A DNA stretch of 32,000 bases from Pseudodesulfovibrio piezophilus C1TLV30 (GTDB lineage Bacteria; Desulfobacterota; Desulfovibrionia; Desulfovibrionales; Desulfovibrionaceae): contig NC_020409.1 in NCBI RefSeq assembly GCF_000341895.1, positions 750,001 to 782,000 on the forward strand, in the 5' to 3' direction. Positions 8,447 through 17,020 of this stretch are shown here, in pieces; the first letter of the stretch is position 1, and each line of letters opens with the position of its first letter. The notes beneath the pieces are model-generated. The model had not been told where the DNA came from. It worked only from the letters and a program-made list of their open reading frames with translations, and made no database searches. Position numbers and translations under genes: made by a program.

Positions 8447-9259
8447 TCATTTTGACTTATTCATACATCTTGAAACATTTTTGACGCAACTCTTTTTTCC
8501 TCTCGACACTATAATCGCCAATTCAGTCATCTCCAAAATTCATCCCTCTATTCCAGGAAACAATCATTTGTCACTTTCTCTCTTGCTTCTCAAAAGCCTT
8601 TTTCAACCGTACTCAGTTTACTTCCCTTGACCACAAGCTCTCATCTCGTGTCACTCTCACTTTAAAGAAAACCATCCCACTGCGACTGCTCATCTGTGAA
8701 GTGGCGCCTTGGGCCTTCCCCCCGAAGAGACGATCGGTAAAAAAAATCAAAACGCTCACCACATAATGGTTTGGAATCATAAATAGCTTTGATTTTTTTG
8801 CATCACCCCAAAAGGAGAAAGGCTGATGAATATACTTACAATGGACACTTGAGAGAGTCGGGAGGAAGCGGTAGGCTCTATAAAATGACTCGCTGATTGC
8901 ATAATGGAAACAGTTCCCAATTGTAACCCTTGGATTTAATTTCTTCGTTTTGATACATCATCGACTCTCTCATGCACATGCCCCGATCTCGCGCAAACAT
9001 GAAGCCTCTTTCATAAACAGGAATTATCCAGCAATCTTCTGATTAACCAATACCAATTCCCAACAATACCGTCTCTCAGAGACTCTTTTTGCCCATTTAT
9101 TGAACAGACTGTTTCCAATAATGCAAAAGAGGACATAAAATCAGCCATGATTTCATCAATCATTGTACGCTCTTCATACTGTCAAGACTCTCACAAATTC
9201 AAACGAATGTTTAATCTTAAAACCATGTAATATATCATAAAATTCATATTTCAAAGAAT

Positions 9260-9288
9260 TTGCAAGAATGGACAAGAAGCGCTATTTA
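9260..9288 (+). promoter_or_regulatory. Candidate sigma70-type promoter for the carboxylase operon (TTGCAA-N17-TATTTA)
   Basis: TTGCAA at 9260-9265, a 17-nt spacer, and TATTTA at 9283-9288. It lies about 40 nt upstream of the GTG start at 9326. Confidence 0.3.
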
Positions 9289-9325
9289 ATTCAGCTTCCA
9301 AACGTCATCTCAGGAGAAAAATTCC

Positions 9326-10744
9326 GTGAGCATAAAAGATCATAAAATACTTATAGCCAACAGAGGCGAAATAGCCGTCAGAATAATGGAAGCCTGCGCC
9401 GAATTAGGACTGGCCTTTGTTGCTCTATACACTCAAGAAGACAAAGATTCCGGTCATATCGATGTGGCCCGAAAACTCGGCGGAGAAAAATCTCTCTACA
9501 AAATCCAGAATTATCTTGATGCAGGTGATATTCTCTCCGTTGCTGACGAATCCGGTGCAACTGCCATCCATCCGGGCTATGGGTTTTTCTCGGAAAACTA
9601 TCGTTTTGCGCGACGAGTAACCGAACGGGACCGATCCATGATCTTTATTGGCCCCTCCTGGGATGTTATTCGAGATCTTGGAGACAAAATCAACACTAAA
9701 CGACTTGCACGTAAACTGGGTGTCCCCACAGTTCCCGGTTCAGACCGCGCCATCTATGATGAGCTGGAAGCCGAATCAATCGCGGAAAGTCTCTTTGAAT
9801 TTCAAGTCAAAATGGGCATCAAGAGGCCAGTTGTTCTCGTCAAGGCTTCGGCTGGCGGAGGAGGAATGGGAATCGATGAATGTGAAGATATGGCTCGTTT
9901 TCGCCAAACCTATCGCCGCATTCGAAACTATTCACTCCGCACATTTAACGATGAAGGTGTCCTCATTGAACAGCGTGTCTTTAACTTCAACCACTTGGAA
10001 GTGCAGATAGCATCCGACCGCACGGGGACCAATCCTGTTCACTTCGGAACTCGTAACTGCTCAGTTCAAAGCCCCGGCCTCCAGAAACGCATTGAGGTCG
10101 CCCCTGGATTCAGCCCCCAAGACATCCACTATACGTTTGATGCACAAAAGCTCATGGATGATATAACAGGGTATTCCCTGTCCATTGCCAAAGAGATCAA
10201 ATATGACAACGTCGGGACATGGGAATGGATTGTAACACCCAACGGTGAGCCTTTTCTCATGGAAGTTAATACCCGAATCCAAGTTGAAAATGGTGTCTCG
10301 GCTGATATTGCCTCTGTCAAAGGAGATAAGAATGTCAACCTTATCAGGGAACAGATTCGAATTGGGCTTGGCGAAGAACTGGGATATACACAAAAAGATG
10401 TCACTTTTGGCGGTGTCAGTATTGAGTATCGCATCATCGCTGAAGACACTGAAAATGGTTTTTCTCCCTGGGTAGGCAAAATAGAAAAAGTCGCTTGGAC
10501 AAAACAGGACTGGCTTTCTGTGCATACCCATGTGCCACTGGACAGACCGTATCAAATTCCAACCGAATATGATCCCAACCTCGCTCTCGCCATTATTTGG
10601 GGAAAAGATATCACAGAAGCCAAACAACGAGGGCTTGACTTCCTTCAAGACCTAGCTCTCACTGGTGTTGATACAAGTGGTGGTACCATGAAAGCAAATA
10701 TCCCATTCCTCATGCAAAAGACCGAAAACCTTCTTGAATTTTAA
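9326..10744 (+). CDS. accC: Biotin carboxylase (ATP-grasp), AccC-like but divergent
   Basis: GTG start with AGGAG 9 nt upstream. The N-terminus is KILIANRGEIAVRI. It has LMEVNTRIQVEN (equivalents of E288/N290/R292/E296 in E. coli numbering, from memory) and EYRIIAED (R338 equivalent). No BCCP domain is present. Confidence 0.85.
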   Translation: MSIKDHKILIANRGEIAVRIMEACAELGLAFVALYTQEDKDSGHIDVARKLGGEKSLYKIQNYLDAGDILSVADESGATAIHPGYGFFSENYRFARRVTERDRSMIFIGPSWDVIRDLGDKINTKRLARKLGVPTVPGSDRAIYDELEAESIAESLFEFQVKMGIKRPVVLVKASAGGGGMGIDECEDMARFRQTYRRIRNYSLRTFNDEGVLIEQRVFNFNHLEVQIASDRTGTNPVHFGTRNCSVQSPGLQKRIEVAPGFSPQDIHYTFDAQKLMDDITGYSLSIAKEIKYDNVGTWEWIVTPNGEPFLMEVNTRIQVENGVSADIASVKGDKNVNLIREQIRIGLGEELGYTQKDVTFGGVSIEYRIIAEDTENGFSPWVGKIEKVAWTKQDWLSVHTHVPLDRPYQIPTEYDPNLALAIIWGKDITEAKQRGLDFLQDLALTGVDTSGGTMKANIPFLMQKTENLLEF

Positions 10745-10755
10745 AGAAGCACCTT

Positions 10756-13002
10756 ATGAATATAGATAAAAAACTTTCCGAATTACTACAGCGTGTCAAC
10801 TATACTCTAGAGATTCTTGGCAACAAGTCTCGACCGGAACTGGATGCTTTTGTCACTGAAATAGGAGCATTCCCAGAAAAGCACCTGCAGTCCAACGACG
10901 CAACAACCATTAAAGCAGTCGAATCTCTTGAAAGACGGCTTTCCACCATAGAGTCCGCCATTGATTCCCAACTGACGGCGATGGATAAAGTACGCATAGT
11001 ACGCCATCCGCAACGGTGCTGCCTCAAAGATATTCTTGAAAACGTATATGATAATTACACGGAAATCGGAGGAATGGATGAACACTCCATTGATCCCGGT
11101 ATGCTTATTGCCCGAGCCTATATCACTCGTCGCAAAGGCAAAAAAATTATCAACCAACCAGTCATGGTGGTCGGGCAGGAAAAAGGCCATGGCCAGGAAT
11201 TTCGCAACGGCGGCTCAATCAAACCATGGGGAAACAGCAAGGCTCTCAAGTACATGAAAGTCGCTGCTCGTGAGCAGATCCCCATTCATGCCTATGTCAA
11301 CACCCCTGGTTCGTATCCAGTTGAAGACTTCCCTGGTGCCGCTCAGCAAATAGCTGAGAACATTTATGAGATGGCGGGCCTGCCGGTCCCCATTATCGCC
11401 ATATTTTCCGAGGGCGGATCAGGTGGAGCTGAAGCCATCGGCATGGCTGACAAACGACTCATGCTCTCCCATGGCTACTACTCCGTCATATCCCCGGAAG
11501 GAGCTGCAGCTATCGAAGGCCGAATCAAAGGCTCCGAACGTGCTCCGATTGAATTGATTGAATCATGTGCCATCGCTCAACAAATCACTGCTCAGGACAA
11601 TCTTAAAAACGGTTATATCGATGAGATCATTGAGGAACCAGCCCTAGGTGCTCGAATAGACCATTTTGATTTCTATAAGCGTGTTCGCGAGCAAGTTGTC
11701 CGCGCTACAGATGAAGTGACTCTTTCTGTTCGCGGCATGAGCTTGTTCCGCGCAGTTGCCATGCGACATTTCTATAAGCATGCTGATATTATTGTACGCT
11801 GGTCCATGAGTGACAAAGGTCGTCAGCGTCTAATCAATCGACGATTCAAAAAATATCGCAAGCTCGCCTTGCACGCCTATCAGGATAACCGGTCCATGCT
11901 GGAAAAACTCAATGCCACAAGCAGTGGGATCGTCTCCAGCACAACATCGGCAATTCTTTATGAAATAGTCAAACCCTTCAAACAACGTATTGCCCGTATT
12001 GTTGAAGAAGCGACTGATGAAATCCATGTTATTACGGGAAAGATTGACTCAATCTATCATTCCGGACTCAAGAAACTCGGAATCAAGTCCAATGGAGACA
12101 AACAGAAAGAACTTGAGTTGACCGGCTTGTCAAAAGCAGTAAAAGACGATGTCGTTATAGAAAGAGGCAGTGGGTATGTTAGCCCACAAGCCCAAATGGA
12201 TAGAGAAATCACTTGCCCTCATGCCGAGAAACGAGGCTGTTTGGATATTTGGGCCAGAGATCTTTTCACTGATTTTGACGGGGTGTGCCCCCACTGCGGC
12301 TACAACTTCCCAATGGAGTACCAATGGTATCTCCATAATGTGTTTGATGCTGGATCAATTCGGGAATTCAACCATGACATCGCCTCAGGTAACCCCACCG
12401 GCTTTCCTCACTTCGAGAAAAGAATCGAAGCTGCCAAGAACAAGACACAGCTTGAAAGCAGTTGTCTCACGTTCAATGCGAGTTTGGAGGGCATTCACCT
12501 GACCTGTGCAACCTTGATAGCCAATTTCCGAGGTGGGTCTGTCGGTGCAGCGGAAGGTGAAAAATTCATCCGTGCTCTTGAGTTGGCACAAACAAAACAT
12601 CAACCATTTCTTGCCTACGTCCATGGAACCGCAGGTATACGGATTCAAGAAGGCGTCAATGGTTTGATCCAGATGCCACGCTGTACGATGGCTGTCAGAC
12701 AATACATCGAAGCCGGCGGCCTGTATGTTGTTCTTTATGACACCAATTCCTACGCAGGCCCTGTCGCCTCTTTCCTGGGCTGCTCTCCATACCAGTATGC
12801 AGTGCGATCTTCGCGTCTCGGATTTGCAGGCCCTGGCGTCATAAAGGAAACAACCGGGATAGAGATTCCCCCAGACTATCACAATTGTTTCAAGGCTCTT
12901 TCTCGCGGCCACATACAAGGTGTCTGGAGCCGTAAGGATATTCGCAAGAACATTCAGCATGTCTTCCGAACCATTGGTGGAAGAAATCTGTATTACAGAT
13001 AA
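10756..13002 (+). CDS. Fused carboxyltransferase: AccA-like (alpha) N-terminal half plus AccD-like (beta) C-terminal half
   Basis: 748 aa. The N-half has IFSEGGSGGAEAIG and SVISPEGAAAI (alpha-subunit motifs). The C-half has a Cys knuckle CPHAEKRGC-X15-CPHC and ANFRGGSVGAAEGEK (beta-subunit motif). Confidence 0.85.
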   Translation: MNIDKKLSELLQRVNYTLEILGNKSRPELDAFVTEIGAFPEKHLQSNDATTIKAVESLERRLSTIESAIDSQLTAMDKVRIVRHPQRCCLKDILENVYDNYTEIGGMDEHSIDPGMLIARAYITRRKGKKIINQPVMVVGQEKGHGQEFRNGGSIKPWGNSKALKYMKVAAREQIPIHAYVNTPGSYPVEDFPGAAQQIAENIYEMAGLPVPIIAIFSEGGSGGAEAIGMADKRLMLSHGYYSVISPEGAAAIEGRIKGSERAPIELIESCAIAQQITAQDNLKNGYIDEIIEEPALGARIDHFDFYKRVREQVVRATDEVTLSVRGMSLFRAVAMRHFYKHADIIVRWSMSDKGRQRLINRRFKKYRKLALHAYQDNRSMLEKLNATSSGIVSSTTSAILYEIVKPFKQRIARIVEEATDEIHVITGKIDSIYHSGLKKLGIKSNGDKQKELELTGLSKAVKDDVVIERGSGYVSPQAQMDREITCPHAEKRGCLDIWARDLFTDFDGVCPHCGYNFPMEYQWYLHNVFDAGSIREFNHDIASGNPTGFPHFEKRIEAAKNKTQLESSCLTFNASLEGIHLTCATLIANFRGGSVGAAEGEKFIRALELAQTKHQPFLAYVHGTAGIRIQEGVNGLIQMPRCTMAVRQYIEAGGLYVVLYDTNSYAGPVASFLGCSPYQYAVRSSRLGFAGPGVIKETTGIEIPPDYHNCFKALSRGHIQGVWSRKDIRKNIQHVFRTIGGRNLYYR

Positions 13003-13018
13003 AAATTCGTCGAGCAGC

Positions 13019-13050
13019 AAGCCTTCCTTGGAAACAAGGAAGGCTTTTTC
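13019..13050 (+). terminator. Rho-independent terminator after the carboxyltransferase gene
   Basis: AAGCCTTCCTTG, loop GAAA, CAAGGAAGGCTT, then TTTTC. Confidence 0.8.
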
Positions 13051-13254
13051 ATTGCCGATTTCTACTCCCAGCCACCCCCATAACTGTCTCGATACGTTTG
13101 ATAAAGGGATAGGTATGATGTCACACGAAGAACGACCTTTTTCACATTGAAAGATTCTTCGCTCTGCATGAGAATTATCGGCATTATATATTTGACTAGA
13201 TTGAATAGATATATTCAATTAGTTAATCTGAAATTCAAACTACCAGGGGGAAAA

Positions 13255-13665
13255 ATGAAAAAATTGACACTCGCCGCGCTCTTTCTCATGCTCTTGCCAG
13301 TTTTGGCATGGGCCCATGATTACAACTTTATTAGCCAGGAAGCGATGAAAGCCAAATTGGACAAAAATGAAGCAGTTAACATTGTTGACATCTGCCCCAT
13401 TGACCAGTTTGCTAAAGGCCATCTTCCCGGATCTGTTGAGACAAATGCCTATCCTGTCAAAACAGAGGAAGATCGGAATAAGCTGCAAGCGATTCTTCCT
13501 GACCTCAGCTCATCAACTGATGGTATAGTCATTATCTGCCCTGCCGGACGAGGTGGAGCCAAACGCACATACGAATACTACAAATCTCAGGGTATTGATG
13601 AAAGCCGCCTTTTCATTCTTGAAAATGGAATGAACGGTTGGCCCTATCAAACAGAAAGTAAATAA
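13255..13665 (+). CDS. Secreted rhodanese-domain protein
   Basis: Start at MKKLTLAALFLMLLPVLAWA (signal peptide) after GGGGGA. The rhodanese core is IVDICPIDQFAKGHLPGSV with a candidate active-site loop VIICPAGRGG. Confidence 0.7.
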   Translation: MKKLTLAALFLMLLPVLAWAHDYNFISQEAMKAKLDKNEAVNIVDICPIDQFAKGHLPGSVETNAYPVKTEEDRNKLQAILPDLSSSTDGIVIICPAGRGGAKRTYEYYKSQGIDESRLFILENGMNGWPYQTESK

Positions 13666-13671
13666 GTGCCA

Positions 13672-13714
13672 AAAAATGAAAGGCACCTGTATACACAGGT
13701 GCCTTTCATTTTTG
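13672..13714. terminator. Bidirectional terminator between the rhodanese and cyclophilin genes
   Basis: Near-perfect palindrome AAAAATGAAAGGCACCTGTATACACAGGTGCCTTTCATTTTT, with A-run and T-run flanks. Confidence 0.85.
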
Positions 13715-13729
13715 TATAGCTCTCTGAAT

Positions 13730-14239
13730 TTACTCAAATCGTCGCGCTGAGATAACTGAAATAGGATCAACAGGAACATCATCGTACCCCTGGTAGGTCT
13801 TTGTTTTTACCTTGTTAATCTTCATAGCGACATCCATTCCATCTATGACTTCACCAAAAACACAATACCCAAAATTCTCGTCATCTTCAGCTGTATGATC
13901 GAGATCAACATTATCAACAACATTGATATAAAACTGAGCAGCCGCACTATGCGGATCGGCAGTTCGCCCCATGGCAACAGTTCCTGCAAGATTCTTCAAA
14001 CCATTCGTCGCTTCATTAATTATAGCTGCGCGCGTTTCTTTTTCCTGCATAGAAAAGTTCAGACCACCGGTCTGAATCATGAACCCCTTGATAACTCTAT
14101 GAAACAGGGTGCCATCATAGAATTTGTCATCAACATACTGCAAAAAATTTTCAACGGTCTTCGGTGCTTTATCGGGAAACAATTCAATAAGGATTTCTCC
14201 TTCAGGCGTTTCCAGAAGAACCATAGGATTTTCCATCAT
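13730..14239 (-). CDS. ppiB: Peptidyl-prolyl cis-trans isomerase, cyclophilin type
   Basis: 169 aa. Motifs FHRVIKGFMIQTGG and ...GTVAMGRT...SAAAQFYINV are classical cyclophilin motifs. Confidence 0.9.
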   Translation of the reverse strand: MMENPMVLLETPEGEILIELFPDKAPKTVENFLQYVDDKFYDGTLFHRVIKGFMIQTGGLNFSMQEKETRAAIINEATNGLKNLAGTVAMGRTADPHSAAAQFYINVVDNVDLDHTAEDDENFGYCVFGEVIDGMDVAMKINKVKTKTYQGYDDVPVDPISVISARRFE

Positions 14240-14261
14240 CTACTCCATAATCTAAAATGTC

Positions 14262-15215
14262 TTAAGTCTCTTCCTCTGTATTGGTGGGCTTGTCTCCAGC
14301 CCGAGGATGCGCTTGGTCGTATACCTGCATGATATGTTGCATGTCCAGATGCGTATATCGTTGCGTTGTCGTCAGATGCTCGTGGCCGAGTAATTCCTGA
14401 ACACTGCGAAGATCTGCTCCGGCTTCAAGCATATGAGTGGCAAAACTGTGACGTAACATGTGGGGATGGACATCCTTAGGAAGCCTAGCAATCTTGCTGA
14501 GTCTAGCAATAACTCTGTTTGCCTGACGACGATTAAGACGTTTCCCTGTTCTGACACCAATAAAAAGAGCTTGTTCGGAATAATCGCCTTTAAGGAAAGC
14601 ATGTCTATGTTCGATATAATGCTGGATTCGCTTTGCCGCCTTATCCCCCAAAGGCACAATGCGTTCTTTAGCTCCCTTCCCTGTTACGCGAAGAACATCG
14701 TTATCTACATCAAATAAATTCAGCCCAAGAGCCTCACTGATGCGAAGGCCCGCTCCATACAACAACTCGGCAAGGGCCATATCACGAAGGCCTTCAGGGT
14801 CCGGATCGATAGAGACTTCCATCAATGCAATTGCTTGATCCACGTTCAAAGCGTGCGCATGGCGCTGTTCCTGCTTGGGATTACGAATGCCCGCAAGTGG
14901 GTCCACGGAAACGACTTTGTGTTTCACCAGATATTTGAAATAAGCACGTAAGCTTGAAAGCTTTCTTCCAATAGATGTCTTTGACAAGGCCCGTCTGTGC
15001 ATTTCTGCCAGATAGGCACGAACATGCTCTTTCCTTATCCCAGAAGGCTTTTCCAGGGTCCGCTTACTTCTCCCCAAAAAATTTTCGAATTGCTCCAGAT
15101 CAGTCCCATATGACCTAAGGGTGGCATCAGAGTATCCTCGTTCTATCGAAAGATAGCCGAGAAAACCACGTACGAATTCTCCATAATCACTACGCTTGTC
15201 GTTGATCGAAGACAT
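14262..15215 (-). CDS. Tyrosine recombinase, XerC/XerD family
   Basis: 317 aa. It has an N-terminal SAM-like domain (YLSIERGYSDATLRSYGTDLEQF) and C-terminal HMLRHSFATHMLEAGADLRSVQELLGHEHLTTTQRYTH with catalytic R..H-x-x-R..Y. Confidence 0.88.
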   Translation of the reverse strand: MSSINDKRSDYGEFVRGFLGYLSIERGYSDATLRSYGTDLEQFENFLGRSKRTLEKPSGIRKEHVRAYLAEMHRRALSKTSIGRKLSSLRAYFKYLVKHKVVSVDPLAGIRNPKQEQRHAHALNVDQAIALMEVSIDPDPEGLRDMALAELLYGAGLRISEALGLNLFDVDNDVLRVTGKGAKERIVPLGDKAAKRIQHYIEHRHAFLKGDYSEQALFIGVRTGKRLNRRQANRVIARLSKIARLPKDVHPHMLRHSFATHMLEAGADLRSVQELLGHEHLTTTQRYTHLDMQHIMQVYDQAHPRAGDKPTNTEEET

Positions 15216-16152
15216 AACAACTCTTTGGATTTTCCTTGGCCTTCTTTTTCAACCCCATGGCGATTGATGAGACCTCACCATAATGTTCAATACGACCATC
15301 AGTGTTCACGACAACGGCAATCGAAACAGCCATGAGCGGGAAAACCTTCGTATGCCCTTCCCGGTCAACTGAAGTTATATTGCCGTTTTTCCTGTCTTCA
15401 GGATCATAAAAATGGGGAACAATATCATCAAAGGATTGAATAATACGTTTGCAGGCATCTTCGGCTTTGTCCGGCGGTAAGATAAAAACAAAGTCATCCC
15501 CTCCAACATGCCCCACAAAACTGAGGACACCCTGGTAACTTCGTATTGTATTCACAATCAAACGAGCCGCCATCATCAGGATTTCATCCCCTCTGGAAAA
15601 TCCGTATTTATCGTTATACGATTTGAAGTAGTCCAAATCACAATACGCCAAAGCAAAATCTTCGCGAGTCTCTATCAGACTTTGAATTCGCTGAATTATG
15701 GACGTATTTCCAGGCAACTTTGAGAGAGGGTTGGCATCCAGGGCACGCATGGCTCGACAAAGAGTCAGATTGATACGATCCCGCACTTCAGAAGGGTTGA
15801 ATGGGCGCACAAGAAAATCATCAACCTCGATAACATTCCAATTCCACGGCCTTTCCACATCCACAGGGTCCACACACATGACCACCGGCAATTGACGATA
15901 AACATTCTCGCTTTTGACCAGGTTGGCAACTTCCTGAGCGGATATATCTTTAAGCCTGTTATCGACAATCAATAAATCAGGGGGTTCTGTGAACATATAC
16001 TCGATTGCCCGGCCACCATTTTCAAAAACAAGAAACTCCAGAATCTCAAGAGGCCACAACTTCTGGAGCATATCAGCTAATGCTTTATCTGGAGACAGCA
16101 GAAAAGCTGTCTGCTTGCGCTGAAAGAGGGAGTTTTCCAAAGTCATGGTCAT
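15190..16152 (-). CDS. Receiver domain fused to a GGDEF-type domain (GGDDF variant)
   Basis: 320 aa. The REC domain has acceptor Asp in LLIVDNRL but PD instead of DD, C instead of T/S, and R in LVRPF instead of KP. The GGDEF-like half has YCDLDYFKSYNDKYGFSRGDEIL and HVGGDDF. Confidence 0.8.
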   Translation of the reverse strand: MTMTLENSLFQRKQTAFLLSPDKALADMLQKLWPLEILEFLVFENGGRAIEYMFTEPPDLLIVDNRLKDISAQEVANLVKSENVYRQLPVVMCVDPVDVERPWNWNVIEVDDFLVRPFNPSEVRDRINLTLCRAMRALDANPLSKLPGNTSIIQRIQSLIETREDFALAYCDLDYFKSYNDKYGFSRGDEILMMAARLIVNTIRSYQGVLSFVGHVGGDDFVFILPPDKAEDACKRIIQSFDDIVPHFYDPEDRKNGNITSVDREGHTKVFPLMAVSIAVVVNTDGRIEHYGEVSSIAMGLKKKAKENPKSCYVFDQRQA

Positions 16153-16180
16153 ACTGGGAACTTAACAAAGGTCGAAAGAA

Positions 16181-17017
16181 TTAGAAAGTAAGATCAGACA
16201 CCTCAATAAACTGATCTGACATCTCATCCATCACCTTATCCAGGTCAGACATCTTGAATTTCAATTCAATCATCGCCTCAGGCCTCAAGTATGCCGTCTG
16301 GTCATCCCCGGAATTACCAAATTCAAGTAAACGCACCAGAAAATCTCCCAAATGAACAACACATGACATGGGTTTATAAAATTCGGCCAACTGAGGAGCA
16401 TGATGGCGAGCCATGGCTTCACGAATATTCGGCGGCAATCCCCAATGGCGAGCAAGCCATGCATTGATGCGATCATGCCCAAAACCAAGGACATCTTTTT
16501 CTGCCTGAAAATACGTTAAATCCTTGGCTGCCACAGTATCCAGAATATGTTTGTGCAAATCCGGTAATTGGACCGCCGTCACAACCTTCCCAAGGTCGTG
16601 CAATAAACCGGCAACAGCATATTCTTCAGGGTCTTCGAATCCCGCTCGCCGGGCTATGATATTACACGCCGTTGCACAGCCAAGACTATGTTCCCACAAT
16701 CCCTTCATGGCCTGAACCATCATATCAAAAACCGAAGTAGAAATAATGATACCACGTATGACGTTGAAGCCCAGAAGGACAAGGGAATGCTGAATAGAAC
16801 CAATTCTCCCCGGAAAACCATAGATAGGAGAATTAACCATCTTCAAAACCTTGGCCGAAAGCACCTGATCAGTTGAAATAACCTTCGCAATGGCCTCACT
16901 CGAAGTATCAGGGTTCTCGATAAGCTTGGTCACTTCTTCAAGAACATGCGGTAGCGTCGGTAAATCCTTCACCGCAAGGATTTCACCCTTCACACTTGTT
17001 TTGAGATCTATATCCAT
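16181..17017 (-). CDS. HDOD-domain protein
   Basis: 278 aa. LPTLPHVLEEVTKLIENPDTSSEAIAKVISTDQVLSAKVLKMVNSPIYGF is the canonical HDOD N-terminus. HD-like motifs HSLGCA...HDLGK follow. Confidence 0.85.
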   Translation of the reverse strand: MDIDLKTSVKGEILAVKDLPTLPHVLEEVTKLIENPDTSSEAIAKVISTDQVLSAKVLKMVNSPIYGFPGRIGSIQHSLVLLGFNVIRGIIISTSVFDMMVQAMKGLWEHSLGCATACNIIARRAGFEDPEEYAVAGLLHDLGKVVTAVQLPDLHKHILDTVAAKDLTYFQAEKDVLGFGHDRINAWLARHWGLPPNIREAMARHHAPQLAEFYKPMSCVVHLGDFLVRLLEFGNSGDDQTAYLRPEAMIELKFKMSDLDKVMDEMSDQFIEVSDLTF

Positions 17018-17020
17018 CGA

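Noticed and set aside
8481-8515. TTGACG ... TATAAT on the plus strand in the spacer
   Set aside because: Both hexamers look good, but the spacer is 23 nt, too long for a sigma70 promoter. I did not call it.
8615-8780. 55-codon minus-strand ORF inside the long spacer (MIPNHYVVSVLIFFTDRLFGG...). I also tested TGA read-through (selenocysteine) extension upstream.
   Set aside because: It has no SD and a non-protein-like sequence. Extension requires two in-frame TGAs within 12 nt, and no SECIS-like context was seen.
9069-9092. GTCTCTCAGAGAC palindrome followed by TCTTTTT as a terminator inside the spacer
   Set aside because: The stem would be only 5 bp with a 3-nt loop, too weak to call an intrinsic terminator. 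It is noted only as part of the spacer finding.
10061-10648. 195-aa minus-strand ORF
   Set aside because: It is antisense to the biotin carboxylase gene. It has no motif or SD.
12385-13218. 277-aa minus-strand ORF
   Set aside because: It is a shadow ORF antisense to the 3' part of the carboxyltransferase gene, whose AccD motifs are unambiguous. The product has no motifs and would run through the terminator at 13019-13050.
14262-15215. Tyrosine recombinase as a marker of an integrated mobile element
   Set aside because: The sequence is XerC/XerD-like. It is embedded in a co-directional housekeeping gene string, with no flanking repeats, phage or IS genes, or compositional shift. It is most likely the chromosomal dimer-resolution recombinase.
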